Assembly: GCA_963733095.1 (NCBI GenBank)
Contig: CAVTBV010000006.1
Span: 64,001 to 128,000, forward strand
Direction: 5' to 3'
Length of the DNA stretch: 64,000 bases
From: Candidatus Bathyarchaeota archaeon
Lineage (GTDB): Archaea; Thermoproteota; Bathyarchaeia; Bathyarchaeales; Bathycorpusculaceae
The position numbers and the translations under genes were made by a program. Of this stretch, positions 20,556 through 30,934 are shown piece by piece. The notes beneath the pieces were generated by a model. That model did no database searches. It was not told where the DNA came from and saw nothing but the letters and a program-made list of their open reading frames with translations. Position 1 is the stretch's first letter. The number at the start of each line of letters is the position of its first letter.

Positions 20556-21350
20556 ATGCTGCAAAACAACAAACTCACAGTCCTAAAAGAGCCCTCTATC
20601 GCGGAAGCCGCTGTTCTCATCGAAAAAGCCTTCGCCCAACGAAGAACTCTTGTCGTCGCAGGTACCTGCCATGTCCACTACGTCGGCAGAGCACGCAGCA
20701 CCCTCGAAGAGGGCGAACGCCTCCTCATAATCAAATCCGACGGCAGCCTCCTCGTTCACCGCCCAGTCGGTTACGAACCCGTCAACTGGCAACCCGCAGG
20801 CAGCATCTTCCACGTCGAAATCAAGCAGGAAGGACTCGAAATCCACGGCGTGCGCCAAAAACCCCGCGAAAGCGTCCGCGTAACCTTCAAAAACATCTAC
20901 ATGCTCAGCGCCCTCCAACTTACCGATGCAGGAGATTTCCTTTTGCATGCCAGCGAAGACGACATGCACCGCGCCATTCTCCTCAAACCCGAACTCCTCG
21001 AAGAAGGGTTTAAGCCGATTAGCTGGGAGAAAAAAGTGGAACCCGGCTTCGTAGATATCTACGGGGAAGACAAAGATGGCAAACTCGTCATCGTGGAAGT
21101 GAAACGCAAAATAGCGTCCAAAGAAGCTGCGCTCCAGTTGGCTAAGTACATTGAACCCATAAAAGCCAAGGTGAACCGTGAAGTCCGCGCGGTTTTGGCT
21201 GCTCCGAGTTTGGGGAAGGATGTGCAGAGGTTGATGGTTACGCTTGGATTAGAATACAAAGCTCTGGATCCGAAGGTCTGTGCTGAAGTGCTCAAGAAGA
21301 CGGAGAACTCTAAACTCGAGAGTTTCTTTAACCAAAAAGAGGTTGTCTAA
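20556..21350 (+). CDS. nucS: mismatch-specific endonuclease NucS/EndoMS
   Basis: YVGRARSTL..GERLLIIKSDGSLLVH...PVNWQP; G.VD...IVEVKR...QLAKY. Confidence 0.96.
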   Translation: MLQNNKLTVLKEPSIAEAAVLIEKAFAQRRTLVVAGTCHVHYVGRARSTLEEGERLLIIKSDGSLLVHRPVGYEPVNWQPAGSIFHVEIKQEGLEIHGVRQKPRESVRVTFKNIYMLSALQLTDAGDFLLHASEDDMHRAILLKPELLEEGFKPISWEKKVEPGFVDIYGEDKDGKLVIVEVKRKIASKEAALQLAKYIEPIKAKVNREVRAVLAAPSLGKDVQRLMVTLGLEYKALDPKVCAEVLKKTENSKLESFFNQKEVV

Positions 21351-21479
21351 ATGAACAGGAAAGTGGTAGCCGTTGCCTTAGTAGCGGTTCTCGCAGTCTC
21401 AATCAGCCTATTATCCTTTACTCTCAAAACCAACCAGAACCCAACCAAACCAACGTATACACCCCAACAGGCACCTTAA
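21351..21479 (+). pseudogene. short signal-peptide ORF, probably the relic of a secreted protein
   Basis: MNRKVVAVALVAVLAVSISLLSF... stops after 42 codons. Confidence 0.35.
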
Positions 21480-21763
21480 ACTACGCACCAGGACACGCAA
21501 TCTACCCTGGCACCTCAACAACCACCGTAACTCCATCCCTTTCGCCCAGCCCATGCGCAATAATGTTCTCGGAACAAGACGGACACGGTGGCACAACTAA
21601 CCGTACAGTCGACGCCTTCATCTATGTCAACTTCATCGGTCAATTTACGTTTCCACCAAACTCCTCCTCTGGCATAGGCTTTCCCACAGTCAGTCTGACG
21701 TAAAACAGCTCGCCTTAAGATGCAAAAAAATATGCCTAAAACAAAAGAAAGAGAAGAAAAAAA

Positions 21764-22948
21764 TTATTCTTCTTCTGAGGGGAGACCGATTTTGCGTAAG
21801 TAATCTTTGGCGTATTTGGGGTTGTAGGCTAAGAGTTCTTTGCTGCGAAGTAAGCGGCGGTCGAGGCGGTCGAGGGCGACGCGGAAGGTGGGTTCGATGC
21901 CCCAACCTTCGGATGCGCTGTAGAATGTGCCGCGGGCGGTTCGGAATTGGAGGCGGCAGTGGACTAGGGGGGTGTCGCGGACGCCGTTGTTGCCGTGGCT
22001 TTTCATGTAGACGAAGAGGGTTCCGAGTTGGAAGGCTTCTTGGTAGCGGTGGGAGAATGAGTCAAATTCGTCCATCATGTATGCTTGTTGGTCGGCGGAC
22101 ATTTCGACGCCTTTGGTGCCGAATTGGATGGTTAATTTGCGTTGCGCTTCGCCTCCAAGCTGTGAGATGGGTTCCAGAAAATCGAGTTTGGTTACGACGC
22201 CGACGAGGCGCTCGTTTGCGACGACGGCGACGCAGGAAATGTTGTGTTCATGCATCTTTTTCTCCGCCGCCTGTAGGCTCGTCTTAGGGTCTACCGTGAT
22301 GGCGGGGCTCGACATGATGCCTTTAACCGCGACGCCCAACGTCTCGATTTTTTCGCCCACCATGTCGCCTTGGGTCTGGTGGCGTTGAGGCCAATAGATG
22401 TTCTGCAGGATGTCTTCCATGCTGACCATGCCGACGAGTTTGCCGGCCTCCAAAATCGGAACGTGGCTGATGCCGTATTCCCGCATCAAACCCAAAACTG
22501 CGCCGACACTTCGGTTAGACTCCAAGGTGTGGGGGGCGCGGCTCATGACTTTTTCAACGTCGGTTTTGCCCCAACCGTTTGTTACCGCGCCGTGGATAAC
22601 GTTCTCGTCAGTTACAAACCCCAGCAACTTACCTTTCTCGAAGAGAGCCAGTTGGCGCATGCCGCTGCCGATCATAAGCTTCGCCACTTCACTCAAAGAA
22701 ACATCCCCGCTGACCTGGGGTGCAACCTGCATGAGTGAACGTACCTTGGCGACGGTGGGGTCAAGGCGCGAACGTAGAATTGCCCGTCGAGTAATCATGC
22801 CGATGTACTTGCCTTTTTCATCTAAAACGGCGAGCACCGGAGGCATGCCCTTCTTGAAGGCTTCTAGGCACCTGGAGAGTGTGTCGTTGTCTTGAACTGA
22901 GTTAAATCCTGTGGAAAAAATATCCTTTGCAGAAACAGATATGGGCAT
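21764..22948 (-). CDS. 4xCBS protein with C-terminal HPF/RaiA-like domain (ribosome hibernation factor type)
   Basis: Four CBS repeats, then LTIQF...LFVYMKSH...HCRLQFRTARGTFYSASEGWG....FRVALDRLDRRL, which matches the HPF/S30AE beta-alpha-beta3-alpha pattern. Confidence 0.8.
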   Translation of the reverse strand: MPISVSAKDIFSTGFNSVQDNDTLSRCLEAFKKGMPPVLAVLDEKGKYIGMITRRAILRSRLDPTVAKVRSLMQVAPQVSGDVSLSEVAKLMIGSGMRQLALFEKGKLLGFVTDENVIHGAVTNGWGKTDVEKVMSRAPHTLESNRSVGAVLGLMREYGISHVPILEAGKLVGMVSMEDILQNIYWPQRHQTQGDMVGEKIETLGVAVKGIMSSPAITVDPKTSLQAAEKKMHEHNISCVAVVANERLVGVVTKLDFLEPISQLGGEAQRKLTIQFGTKGVEMSADQQAYMMDEFDSFSHRYQEAFQLGTLFVYMKSHGNNGVRDTPLVHCRLQFRTARGTFYSASEGWGIEPTFRVALDRLDRRLLRSKELLAYNPKYAKDYLRKIGLPSEEE

Positions 22949-23283
22949 AAGATTTCACTGGAAAGCTATAGTGAGAAGGAGAATTTAAACGTTAATAAGC
23001 CCAAATTTGCCATGGCGCAGAGGGTGAAATCTTGTTAAACACCTTAACCCCAACATGCTTCATCCTCCATCGGAGGACCCATAACCACATAACCTAGACT
23101 TGGTTTAGTGGCTTGCAGGTCACCAATTAAAGATTGCTGCTTTCTCAGGTTTTTTCCGTGAGAACCCAAGTTTTTTCAAGCAATATTTATATCAAAAGCA
23201 CTTTATTCACATTTTAATCTATAATTTAGAGGGCGTTGGACTAATCTTTGCCTGGCGCCAATTAAAATCTTTGGTGGTAAAAT

Positions 23284-24231
23284 ATGCCGTTAAAAACCAT
23301 AAAGAAAGATGCGGCAGACGCTTTAACATTAGAATGGGTTTTGCAAGTTAAGGATTACAAGTTAATCCTTGACAAGAACCGCTGTGTCGGTTGCCAAGTG
23401 TGTACAGTGGCTTGTCCAAAAGAAGCCATAAAAACCGAGAAACAGCCTAAACTCAAGGGAGAAAAGGCAAAGAAAGCCAAAGTTGACGTTGACTTGACAA
23501 AATGCAACTTCTGCGGAATCTGCGACGTCACCTGTCCATATGGGGCAATCAAAGTAACCCTAAACGATACACACAACCTACCTATCCTCGAAAAAGACAG
23601 TTACCCCCAAATGGTCCGAGACTTCGCCGTAGATACAAGCAAATGCGAAAAAGAATGCGTTGAATGCGAAAACGCATGCCCACTCAAACTCATAAAACTC
23701 TCAAAAGTTGGCTTCGACGGCATCCCAGTCCAAAACGTCCTGGCTCTCACACCAAACGAGAAAAAACGTGTCCAAATCAGTCTTGACGTCCAAAAAGATT
23801 ACTGCCCAACTTGCAAAATATGTGAGCTCAAATGTAAGCAGGGCGCTTTAAAAGTCAAAAAAGCTTTCGAAGGAAAAACAGAAATAATCCAAGCAAAGTG
23901 CCCTGAAGGTTGCACTGATTGCTTAGATGTTTGCCCTATCCCTGGAGCACTAGTGCTGGGTGAAGACAAGAAAGTACACGTTAACGATTCATTATGTACC
24001 TTCTGCGGCGCATGCAAGAATGTTTGTCCAGTGGAAGATGCTTTGCGTGTAAAACGCACAAAAGTCCTGCATACACCCATCCATTCGGGCACATGGAACA
24101 AAGCCTTAGAACGAATAACCAGCTCCGCTGACGCAGCTAAGGAATTAAAAGCCCAAGCCGCCGTGAACAGACGCAAAGTCGTCGAGAAACGATTCGTGTC
24201 TGAGGCGCTCAAAACGGAGGAACTCAAATGA
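23284..24231 (+). CDS. polyferredoxin (FwdF/MvhB-like)
   Basis: Six CxxCxxCxxxC(P)-type [4Fe-4S] motifs. Confidence 0.9.
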   Translation: MPLKTIKKDAADALTLEWVLQVKDYKLILDKNRCVGCQVCTVACPKEAIKTEKQPKLKGEKAKKAKVDVDLTKCNFCGICDVTCPYGAIKVTLNDTHNLPILEKDSYPQMVRDFAVDTSKCEKECVECENACPLKLIKLSKVGFDGIPVQNVLALTPNEKKRVQISLDVQKDYCPTCKICELKCKQGALKVKKAFEGKTEIIQAKCPEGCTDCLDVCPIPGALVLGEDKKVHVNDSLCTFCGACKNVCPVEDALRVKRTKVLHTPIHSGTWNKALERITSSADAAKELKAQAAVNRRKVVEKRFVSEALKTEELK

Positions 24232-26684
24232 GTAATTCACAAACACAAACTACACAACCAGAAACATGCGTCGCTTACAAACCAGAAGAGTTGCGAGTTG
24301 GCGTTTTCGTCTGCCACTGCGGACTCAACATTGCAGGAACCGTGGACGTTAAAGCAGTAGCTGAATACGCAAGAACTATTCCAGACGTAGTTTTCGTCAA
24401 AGAAAATCGCTATACTTGCGCGGATCCCGGTCAAGCAGAAATCCGAAAAGCCATAAAAGAACAAAACCTAAACCGCGTAGTCATCGCTGCATGCTCACCC
24501 AGAATGCACGAACCCACTTTCCGACGAACAGTCTCAGAGGCAGGCTTAAACCCGTTCCTCTACGAGATGGCGAACATTCGCGAATTCGCCTCATGGTGTC
24601 ACCAAAGCGACCCCAAAGCCGCAACGGAACGCGCCAAAGACTCCGTGCGTATGGCGGTGGCAAAAGTACGTTTAATGCAGCCTCTCCAAACCATCGAAGT
24701 CCCAGTCACCAACAAAGCACTCATAATCGGCGGCGGAATCGCAGGCATGAACGCAGCCTTAGACCTCGCCGAAATGGGCTACAAAGTCTACATGCTCGAA
24801 AATACCCAGAGCATCGGTGGCCACATGGCAGCGCTCGACAAAACCTTCCCAACCCTTGACTGCAGTATTTGCATCGAAGGACCAAAAATGGTAGATTGCG
24901 CACGCCACCCAAACATCACAATATTCGCTAAATCGGAACTCGTTAAAGTTGACGGTTACATCGGCAACTTTAAAGTAAAGATCCGCAAAAACCCTCGCTA
25001 CGTCCTCACCGACAAATGCACGGGCTGCGGTGAATGCAAGGATGCTTGCCCAATCGAGTACCCAAACGAATGGGATATGAACCTTGGAACCCGCAAAGCC
25101 ATCTCCGTGCCCTTCGACCAGACGGTGCCCCTGATTTACTCCATCAACAGGGATTACTGTATTGAATGCTTCAAATGTACTGAAGCTTGTGGTGAGCGCC
25201 AAGCCATTGACTTTAACCAGCAGCCTGAAGAGGTCGATTTCGATGTTGGCGCAATCATCGTTTCAACCGGCTTTGATATTTACCTTCCATACGACATGCC
25301 CTTGATTGGCTACGGAAAATACCCCAACGTCATCACCAGCATGGAATTCGAACGACTAATCCTCGCAGCTGGTCCCACAGGCGGCAAAGTCATCCGCCAA
25401 TCCGATGGGCAAAAACCCCACAAAATTGCGTTCATCCAATGTGTGGGCAGTAGAGATAAGACACACTACCCGTACTGCTGCAACTTCGGTTGCATGTACA
25501 CGCTCAAGCATGTTGTTCAACTTAAAGAGAAGTACAAGGAAGACATTGAAGTCTACGTTTTCTACATGGACATACGCAGTCCAGGCAAAGGCTACGAAGA
25601 ATTCTACGATCGCGCAAGGGAACGAGGCGTAAACTTTATCCGCGGACGAGTAAGCCGCATCGACGAAGACCCCAAAACCCACAACCTAACTGTTCACTCC
25701 GAAGATTCACTGCTCGGAACCCCAATTGAAGTAGACGCCGACATGGTTGTCCTTGTAACTGCAGCTATACCCAAGAAAGGCTCCGAAGATATAGCACGCA
25801 TCCTAAACCTCTCACGCGGCTCAGACGGGTTCTTCATGGAAGCCCACCCCAAACTCAAACCCATGGATGCACCGACCGACGGAGTTTTCTACGCCGGTGC
25901 ATGCGTAGGCTTAAAAGATATTCCAGCCAGTGTTTCCCAAGGCAGCGGCGCCGCATCCCGGGCAGCAACAGTTATCAGCAAACCCAAATGGAAGATTGAA
26001 CCAATAATCAGCATTGTTGACGAAGCGAAATGCAAGAAATGCGGCGTCTGCGTCGACAAATGCCCTTATGGCGCAATAAGACAGGAAAAAGGCCAACCCG
26101 CCAGCATAATCACTGCAAGCTGCCACGGCTGCGGAACATGCGTTGCAGAATGTCCACAACACGCAATCACACAAATGCACTTCACCGACGCCCAAATTAT
26201 GGCGCAGGTTCGAGCTGCACTTCAAGAAAATCCAGAAGAAAAAATCTTGGCTATACTCTGCAACTGGTGCAGCTACGCAGGTGCAGACCTTGCAGGCATA
26301 AGCCGATGTGACTACCCCGCAAGCGTAAGAGCCATCCGAGTCATGTGCAGCGGCAGAGTCGCCAGAGAATTCGTCCTCGAAGCACTAAGACTTGGTGCAG
26401 GGATGGTTCTTCTTGGTGCATGCCACTTACCCTACGACTGTCACTACATCAGCGGAAACTACAAGATGAAAGCCCGAACCGACGCCCTCAAAGGCATGCT
26501 GACCAAACTGGGCATGAGTCCAGAGCGGTTCCGAGTAGAATACGTTTCAGCCGCCGAAGGCATCCACTACGCTGAAGTCATCAGAGAAATCGACGCCGAC
26601 ATGAAAGCATTGGGCAAAGAGAAAATAAAAGCAGAAAACGCCAAACTCAAGCCAATCCTTGAGAACATGCTAAAGCGCAAATAA
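24228..26684 (+). CDS. hdrA: heterodisulfide reductase subunit A fused to MvhD
   Basis: GVFVCHCG.NI, GGGIAG FAD motif, KTFPTLDCS.C, ferredoxin motifs; C-terminal MvhD motifs CNWCSYAGAD and VMCSGRV. Confidence 0.96.
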   Translation: MSNSQTQTTQPETCVAYKPEELRVGVFVCHCGLNIAGTVDVKAVAEYARTIPDVVFVKENRYTCADPGQAEIRKAIKEQNLNRVVIAACSPRMHEPTFRRTVSEAGLNPFLYEMANIREFASWCHQSDPKAATERAKDSVRMAVAKVRLMQPLQTIEVPVTNKALIIGGGIAGMNAALDLAEMGYKVYMLENTQSIGGHMAALDKTFPTLDCSICIEGPKMVDCARHPNITIFAKSELVKVDGYIGNFKVKIRKNPRYVLTDKCTGCGECKDACPIEYPNEWDMNLGTRKAISVPFDQTVPLIYSINRDYCIECFKCTEACGERQAIDFNQQPEEVDFDVGAIIVSTGFDIYLPYDMPLIGYGKYPNVITSMEFERLILAAGPTGGKVIRQSDGQKPHKIAFIQCVGSRDKTHYPYCCNFGCMYTLKHVVQLKEKYKEDIEVYVFYMDIRSPGKGYEEFYDRARERGVNFIRGRVSRIDEDPKTHNLTVHSEDSLLGTPIEVDADMVVLVTAAIPKKGSEDIARILNLSRGSDGFFMEAHPKLKPMDAPTDGVFYAGACVGLKDIPASVSQGSGAASRAATVISKPKWKIEPIISIVDEAKCKKCGVCVDKCPYGAIRQEKGQPASIITASCHGCGTCVAECPQHAITQMHFTDAQIMAQVRAALQENPEEKILAILCNWCSYAGADLAGISRCDYPASVRAIRVMCSGRVAREFVLEALRLGAGMVLLGACHLPYDCHYISGNYKMKARTDALKGMLTKLGMSPERFRVEYVSAAEGIHYAEVIREIDADMKALGKEKIKAENAKLKPILENMLKRK

Positions 26685-26843
26685 AAGCCCTCCTTATACT
26701 TTATCTATAACTACCTTTTTCCACATGCTAATGCTGGCTGTTTTCAGCCAACTGACTTACCCTTTTAGATATAGACCCCTCTATCGTTTCTGCGATGAAC
26801 CAAATTAGGATTCTAATAGGGCTCCAAATAAGCTGAATCTTAG

Positions 26844-27053
26844 CTAGCTGCTCGTTTTCTTGAACCATGCGATGCCTATAACTGCTACAGTTATGGCTGT
26901 TAGGGCTGCTATCGGGTTGAAGGCTTGCAGTGCAGAATAAGACTCAATCAAAAATGCCATCAAAGCTACAATCGAAACCAAATATACCGCTGTTCCCACC
27001 GCTAAACGTTTATGGCTCAATTTCCAACTCACAACCCGTGCTTTCAGATACAT
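26844..27053 (-). CDS. small two-TM membrane protein
   Basis: Two hydrophobic stretches. Confidence 0.55.
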   Translation of the reverse strand: MYLKARVVSWKLSHKRLAVGTAVYLVSIVALMAFLIESYSALQAFNPIAALTAITVAVIGIAWFKKTSS

Positions 27054-27161
27054 TTAAGGGTTGTTTTGATATAATGCTAAGCAGACGAACAGGCTGTTCA
27101 GATATTAGGACAGCATGCTAAAGCGTAAAAAATAAAAATAAATTAAGATCTAAAGAAAAAT

Positions 27162-27440
27162 TTAATCTTCTTCGTAGAGTTTTCTTTCCTTAATTTTCAG
27201 TGTTTCTTCGTCGCCGATAACTCTGAAAGTTTCAGATAGCTCATGCTTGTGCAGGAACTTTTTAACGATTATGCGCACGTACTTCTTTGCTAGCGCTTCA
27301 CCTTCACCTTTTACTGTTACGGTTTTTCCTTCTGTGGTCACATCTCCACCTGTCTTGTCCTTGAGGAAATCAGCCAGTTTCTCGAATAGTTTGCTTTCTT
27401 CGCCTTTAAGTTCTGAAGCTTCAACCTTCATTTCAATCAT
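27162..27440 (-). CDS. rpl22e: ribosomal protein eL22 (L22e) homologue
   Basis: L.DFLKDK...KTVTV...KKYVRIIVKKFLHKHEL...FRVI aligns by eye to the eL22 motif KRYLKYLTKKYLKK...DWLRVI. Acidic tail. Confidence 0.75.
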   Translation of the reverse strand: MIEMKVEASELKGEESKLFEKLADFLKDKTGGDVTTEGKTVTVKGEGEALAKKYVRIIVKKFLHKHELSETFRVIGDEETLKIKERKLYEED

Positions 27441-27693
27441 TTTTCTTGTTCACCTCGATTCCTGTTGCGCCAATTAACTTTGATTTAGCTACTTTCTCAC
27501 GGTTTCTCTATTGATAAGTTTTATGCCGCCCCTTGTCAGTTCGCCCGTCGAGTCCTTCTCACTGCATAGCTCAGACTCTAGTGCTCATCATCCAAACAGG
27601 TATTTAGCAACAGAACATAAGACTGTTACGCTGCTGTTGTGGAGAAACATTTTTTTTGCGCAATTTTGTCTTTAATTAAGTAGTTAAGATAGT

Positions 27694-28205
27694 ATGGATT
27701 TGTCAGATGCCCTTTTGAAGAGGAGAAGCATAAGAAACTACAAGAAACAGGAATTTCCGCAGGGCACTGTTGAGTAGCTGATTGAAGCAACAAGGCAAGC
27801 TCCGTCCGCAGGCAACATTTAGCCAAGGGAATTCAATGCAACAAGTAATCAAAAAACCAAATGCGGCATTTCATATGCTGCCTTTGGGCAAAAAGACCTT
27901 GAAGATGCGCTGTATTAATCGTTGTCTGCGCTGATGAGAAACGCGCAGCTGAGAGCTATGATGTGCGGGGTGAGAACCTTTATTCTGTTCAGGATACAGC
28001 CTCAGCTATCCAAAACATCCTGTTAACCGCTTGAGTTTAGGTTCATGTTGGATTGGCGCTTTCAAGGAGGATGAGGTTAAAAGGTCATTAATGCACCAAA
28101 AGATACGTCCTGTTGTGTTGATTCCAGTTGTATGCCCTGAGGAGTCTCCAACCGCGCGGCAAAGATGACCTCTAAACGAAAGTAATACACAAAGAGATCT
28201 TTTAA
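27694..28205 (+). pseudogene. nitroreductase-family pseudogene
   Basis: MDLSDALLKRRSIRNY...QAPSAGNI*P...[12 protein letters not shown]...GSCWIGAF, with two in-frame TAGs and several frameshifts. Confidence 0.85.
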
Positions 28206-28401
28206 ATTGCAGGGTTCTGCTGAAATCGTTTAGTCAAAATCTATATTTCAATATTCATAAAGTTTAAAAGCGCCTTTCCTATCTATGGTTGAACTTCAAT
28301 GGATGAATGTCCATGTGTGAATCGGTAGAACGCTGGTTCAACAAACATGTGACAATTCGACACTGAAAGAATCATAATCACAAGGAGGAAAAGAAAAAGA
28401 A

Positions 28402-28527
28402 ATGTTATCGCGAGATTGCGATGGATGCTCCCAAATGCGCTCCTGCAGTAAACGATTCGGTATTGCCAATAAGGGCGAAAAAGTTTACTGTCCAGATGGA
28501 ACAGCCCATTTAGTTGACGGCAACTAA
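28402..28527 (+). CDS. 41-aa Cys/His-rich microprotein (putative metal binding)
   Basis: AGGAGG upstream; MLSRDCDGCSQMRSCSKRFGIANKGEKVYCPDGTAHLVDGN*. Below the ORF-track size cutoff. Confidence 0.6.
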   Translation: MLSRDCDGCSQMRSCSKRFGIANKGEKVYCPDGTAHLVDGN

Positions 28528-28611
28528 ACCGGCAAAAACTGTAGTTTAGGAAATAAAATTTTTTCTATTTTCTTTGTTTTAACTTTTCAGTATTCAGTAT
28601 TTTAGATGACG

Positions 28612-29020
28612 TTAGCGCTTTTCTAATTTTTTCTTAATTTCGCTTAGTATTTCTGAGAAATCAGCTTCTTGGTCCGGTTTCATTCCATTCTTGGAAACAC
28701 TTAGTATTGTAGTGTAATCTTTGGAATATAGGGCTTTATTCATCTCTTTCATGGTTCGGTTGTTGCCGAATATGCGGTAAGTGCAGAATAGGATGGCTTT
28801 TTTGCCTTCCATGTTAGACATGCCTTCCATGAATGCTTCGGTTTCTTTGGCAGGGCTTAAACCTTCTACGTGTGTGCTATGGATTACGAGGTCGTAGGAA
28901 TCAGTAGTTGATGGTAGCGTCCCGCTATGTCAAAGATTAGAACTTTTGCTGCTTCAGCTATGGCTTGGGCTAAACGTTTTGTGTTGCATGTTCTGAAAAA
29001 TAAACTACACATGTATTCAT
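28612..29020 (-). pseudogene. flavodoxin-like pseudogene
   Basis: MNTCVVYFS/(frameshift)/NTKRLAQAIAE...SYDLVI...EGKKAILFCTY; the frame is broken. Confidence 0.75.
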
Positions 29021-29117
29021 AGTTCAAATTAGATTGACTTCAGACAAAAAATCCTATTCTATTACAGGTAGTAAGTTTAAAAGTTCAACCAAATAGTATT
29101 TGTGTGAGCGAAAAACC

Positions 29118-30890
29118 ATGGATTACGCCATAATCGCCGATGCCTACGAAAAAATCGAAGCAACCCCCAAACGCCTAGAAATGACTGATTTGCTTGTTGA
29201 ATTGCTTAAAAAAACCCCAAAAGGAATCATTTCCAGAGTCGTTTATTTAACGCAGGGAAAACTGTACCCCGACTTCATGGGAGTTGAGATGGGTGTTGCT
29301 GAAAAGCTCGCCATAAAAGCCTTGACTCGTGCTTCTGGGCATAGAGAAAGTGAAATTCAATCTGAACTGCAAAAAAGTGGCGACATAGGCGAAACCTCGG
29401 AAAAACTACTCGCTAAACGCAAACAATCCACATTCTTTACAAGAAAGCTTACAGCTGAGCGGGTTTACGAGACTCTTGATAAATTGGCGAAAACTTCAGG
29501 TAGCGGCGCGGTAGATACAAAGATGACGCTTCTCTCGGGACTGCTTACTGACTCGTCATCTAAAGAGGCAAAATGGATAATTCGAACCGTGACGGGTAAC
29601 TTGCGGTTGGGCATTGCAGATATGACGGTGCTTGACGCCTTAGCGATAGCTTACGGCGGCGGAAAAGAATCTCGTGAACTCATCGAACGCGCCTACAACA
29701 TCTCGTCCGACTTGGGCAGGGTCGCAAACGTCGTTGCCGAAAAAGGCATGGAAGGAATCAGGCAGTTTCAAGTTATGGTTTTTGAACCAATAAGGCCAAT
29801 GCTTGCTGAGCGACTGGGTGCTCCAGAAGAAATTTTGGAAAAGTTCAGCGGCAAATGCGTAGCCGAATACAAGTACGACGGCGAAAGAATCCAGGCACAC
29901 AAAAAAGACGATAAAGTCATCCTGTATTCTAGGCGCCTCGAGAACATCTCTAACCAATATCCCGACGCGGTCGAATTAATAAAGGAAAAAATCGCGGCTA
30001 AAGAAGCCATATTAGAAGCTGAATGTGTTGCGATGGATTTAGAAACAGGAGATATGCTTCCCTTTCAGGAATTGATGCATCGTCGCCGCAAATACGGGAT
30101 AGAAACCGCCATACAAGACTACCCAATCTCGCTTTTCGCCTTCGACGCCCTCTACGTCGACGGCAAAGACCTAACCCTCGACCCCTTCCTACAAAGACGC
30201 AAAGCCCTCGAAAAAATCATCAAACAAAGCGACAGAATAAAACCAGCCACACAAAAACCTGTCAGTAGCCCCAAGGAACTCGAAGACTTCTTTGAGGAAG
30301 CCATATCGGAAGGCTGCGAAGGTTTAATGTGCAAATCAGTTGCCAAAGACTCGGTCTATCAAGCGGGTAGTCGCGGTTGGCTTTGGATAAAACTGAAGCG
30401 TGACTACCGCAGCGAAATGACCGATACCGTGGATTTAGTTGTGGTAGGCGCCTTTCACGGCAGAGGCAAACGTGTGGGTGCTTATGGCGCTTTGCTCTTA
30501 GCCACCTACAACGATGAAACAGACACGTTTGAAACCGTAACTAAATGCGGCACAGGTTTTACAGATAAAGACTTGGCGCAACTTCATCAGATGTTACAGA
30601 AACATGTAATTCCACGCAAAAACACCCGTGTCCAATCTACTATGGAGGCAGATGTTTGGTTTGAGCCCGCGTTGGTCTTGGAGATTTTAGGTGCCGAAGT
30701 TACCTTGAGCCCGATTCACATGACTGCAATGCACTCCATACGCAAAGGTGCAGGCTTTGCCATTCGGTTTCCACGCTTTACAGGCAAATACCGCACCGAC
30801 AAAGCCCCTGAAGACGCAACAACCTCCAAGGAAATTGAGGAGATGTACCGTGGGCAACTAAAGAAAATCGGTGAAGCCCCAAAAAGCTAA
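29118..30890 (+). CDS. lig: ATP-dependent DNA ligase
   Basis: Motif I EYKYDGER, EGLMCK, WIKLK, RFPRF. Confidence 0.98.
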   Translation: MDYAIIADAYEKIEATPKRLEMTDLLVELLKKTPKGIISRVVYLTQGKLYPDFMGVEMGVAEKLAIKALTRASGHRESEIQSELQKSGDIGETSEKLLAKRKQSTFFTRKLTAERVYETLDKLAKTSGSGAVDTKMTLLSGLLTDSSSKEAKWIIRTVTGNLRLGIADMTVLDALAIAYGGGKESRELIERAYNISSDLGRVANVVAEKGMEGIRQFQVMVFEPIRPMLAERLGAPEEILEKFSGKCVAEYKYDGERIQAHKKDDKVILYSRRLENISNQYPDAVELIKEKIAAKEAILEAECVAMDLETGDMLPFQELMHRRRKYGIETAIQDYPISLFAFDALYVDGKDLTLDPFLQRRKALEKIIKQSDRIKPATQKPVSSPKELEDFFEEAISEGCEGLMCKSVAKDSVYQAGSRGWLWIKLKRDYRSEMTDTVDLVVVGAFHGRGKRVGAYGALLLATYNDETDTFETVTKCGTGFTDKDLAQLHQMLQKHVIPRKNTRVQSTMEADVWFEPALVLEILGAEVTLSPIHMTAMHSIRKGAGFAIRFPRFTGKYRTDKAPEDATTSKEIEEMYRGQLKKIGEAPKS

Positions 30891-30934
30891 AACTGATAAG
30901 TCTCTTTGCTTAAGTAGTTGCGAGTGCTGAAGCT

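Noticed and set aside
16557-21350. Wadjet-like system with NucS as the nuclease
   Set aside because: nucS is separated by an oppositely oriented methyltransferase and is an ordinary mismatch-repair gene; there is no JetD/Toprim gene.
27694-28205. Pyrrolysine/amber recoding in the nitroreductase (two in-frame TAGs)
   Set aside because: The same gene also has frameshifts and TGA stops, and other genes here terminate normally at TAG.
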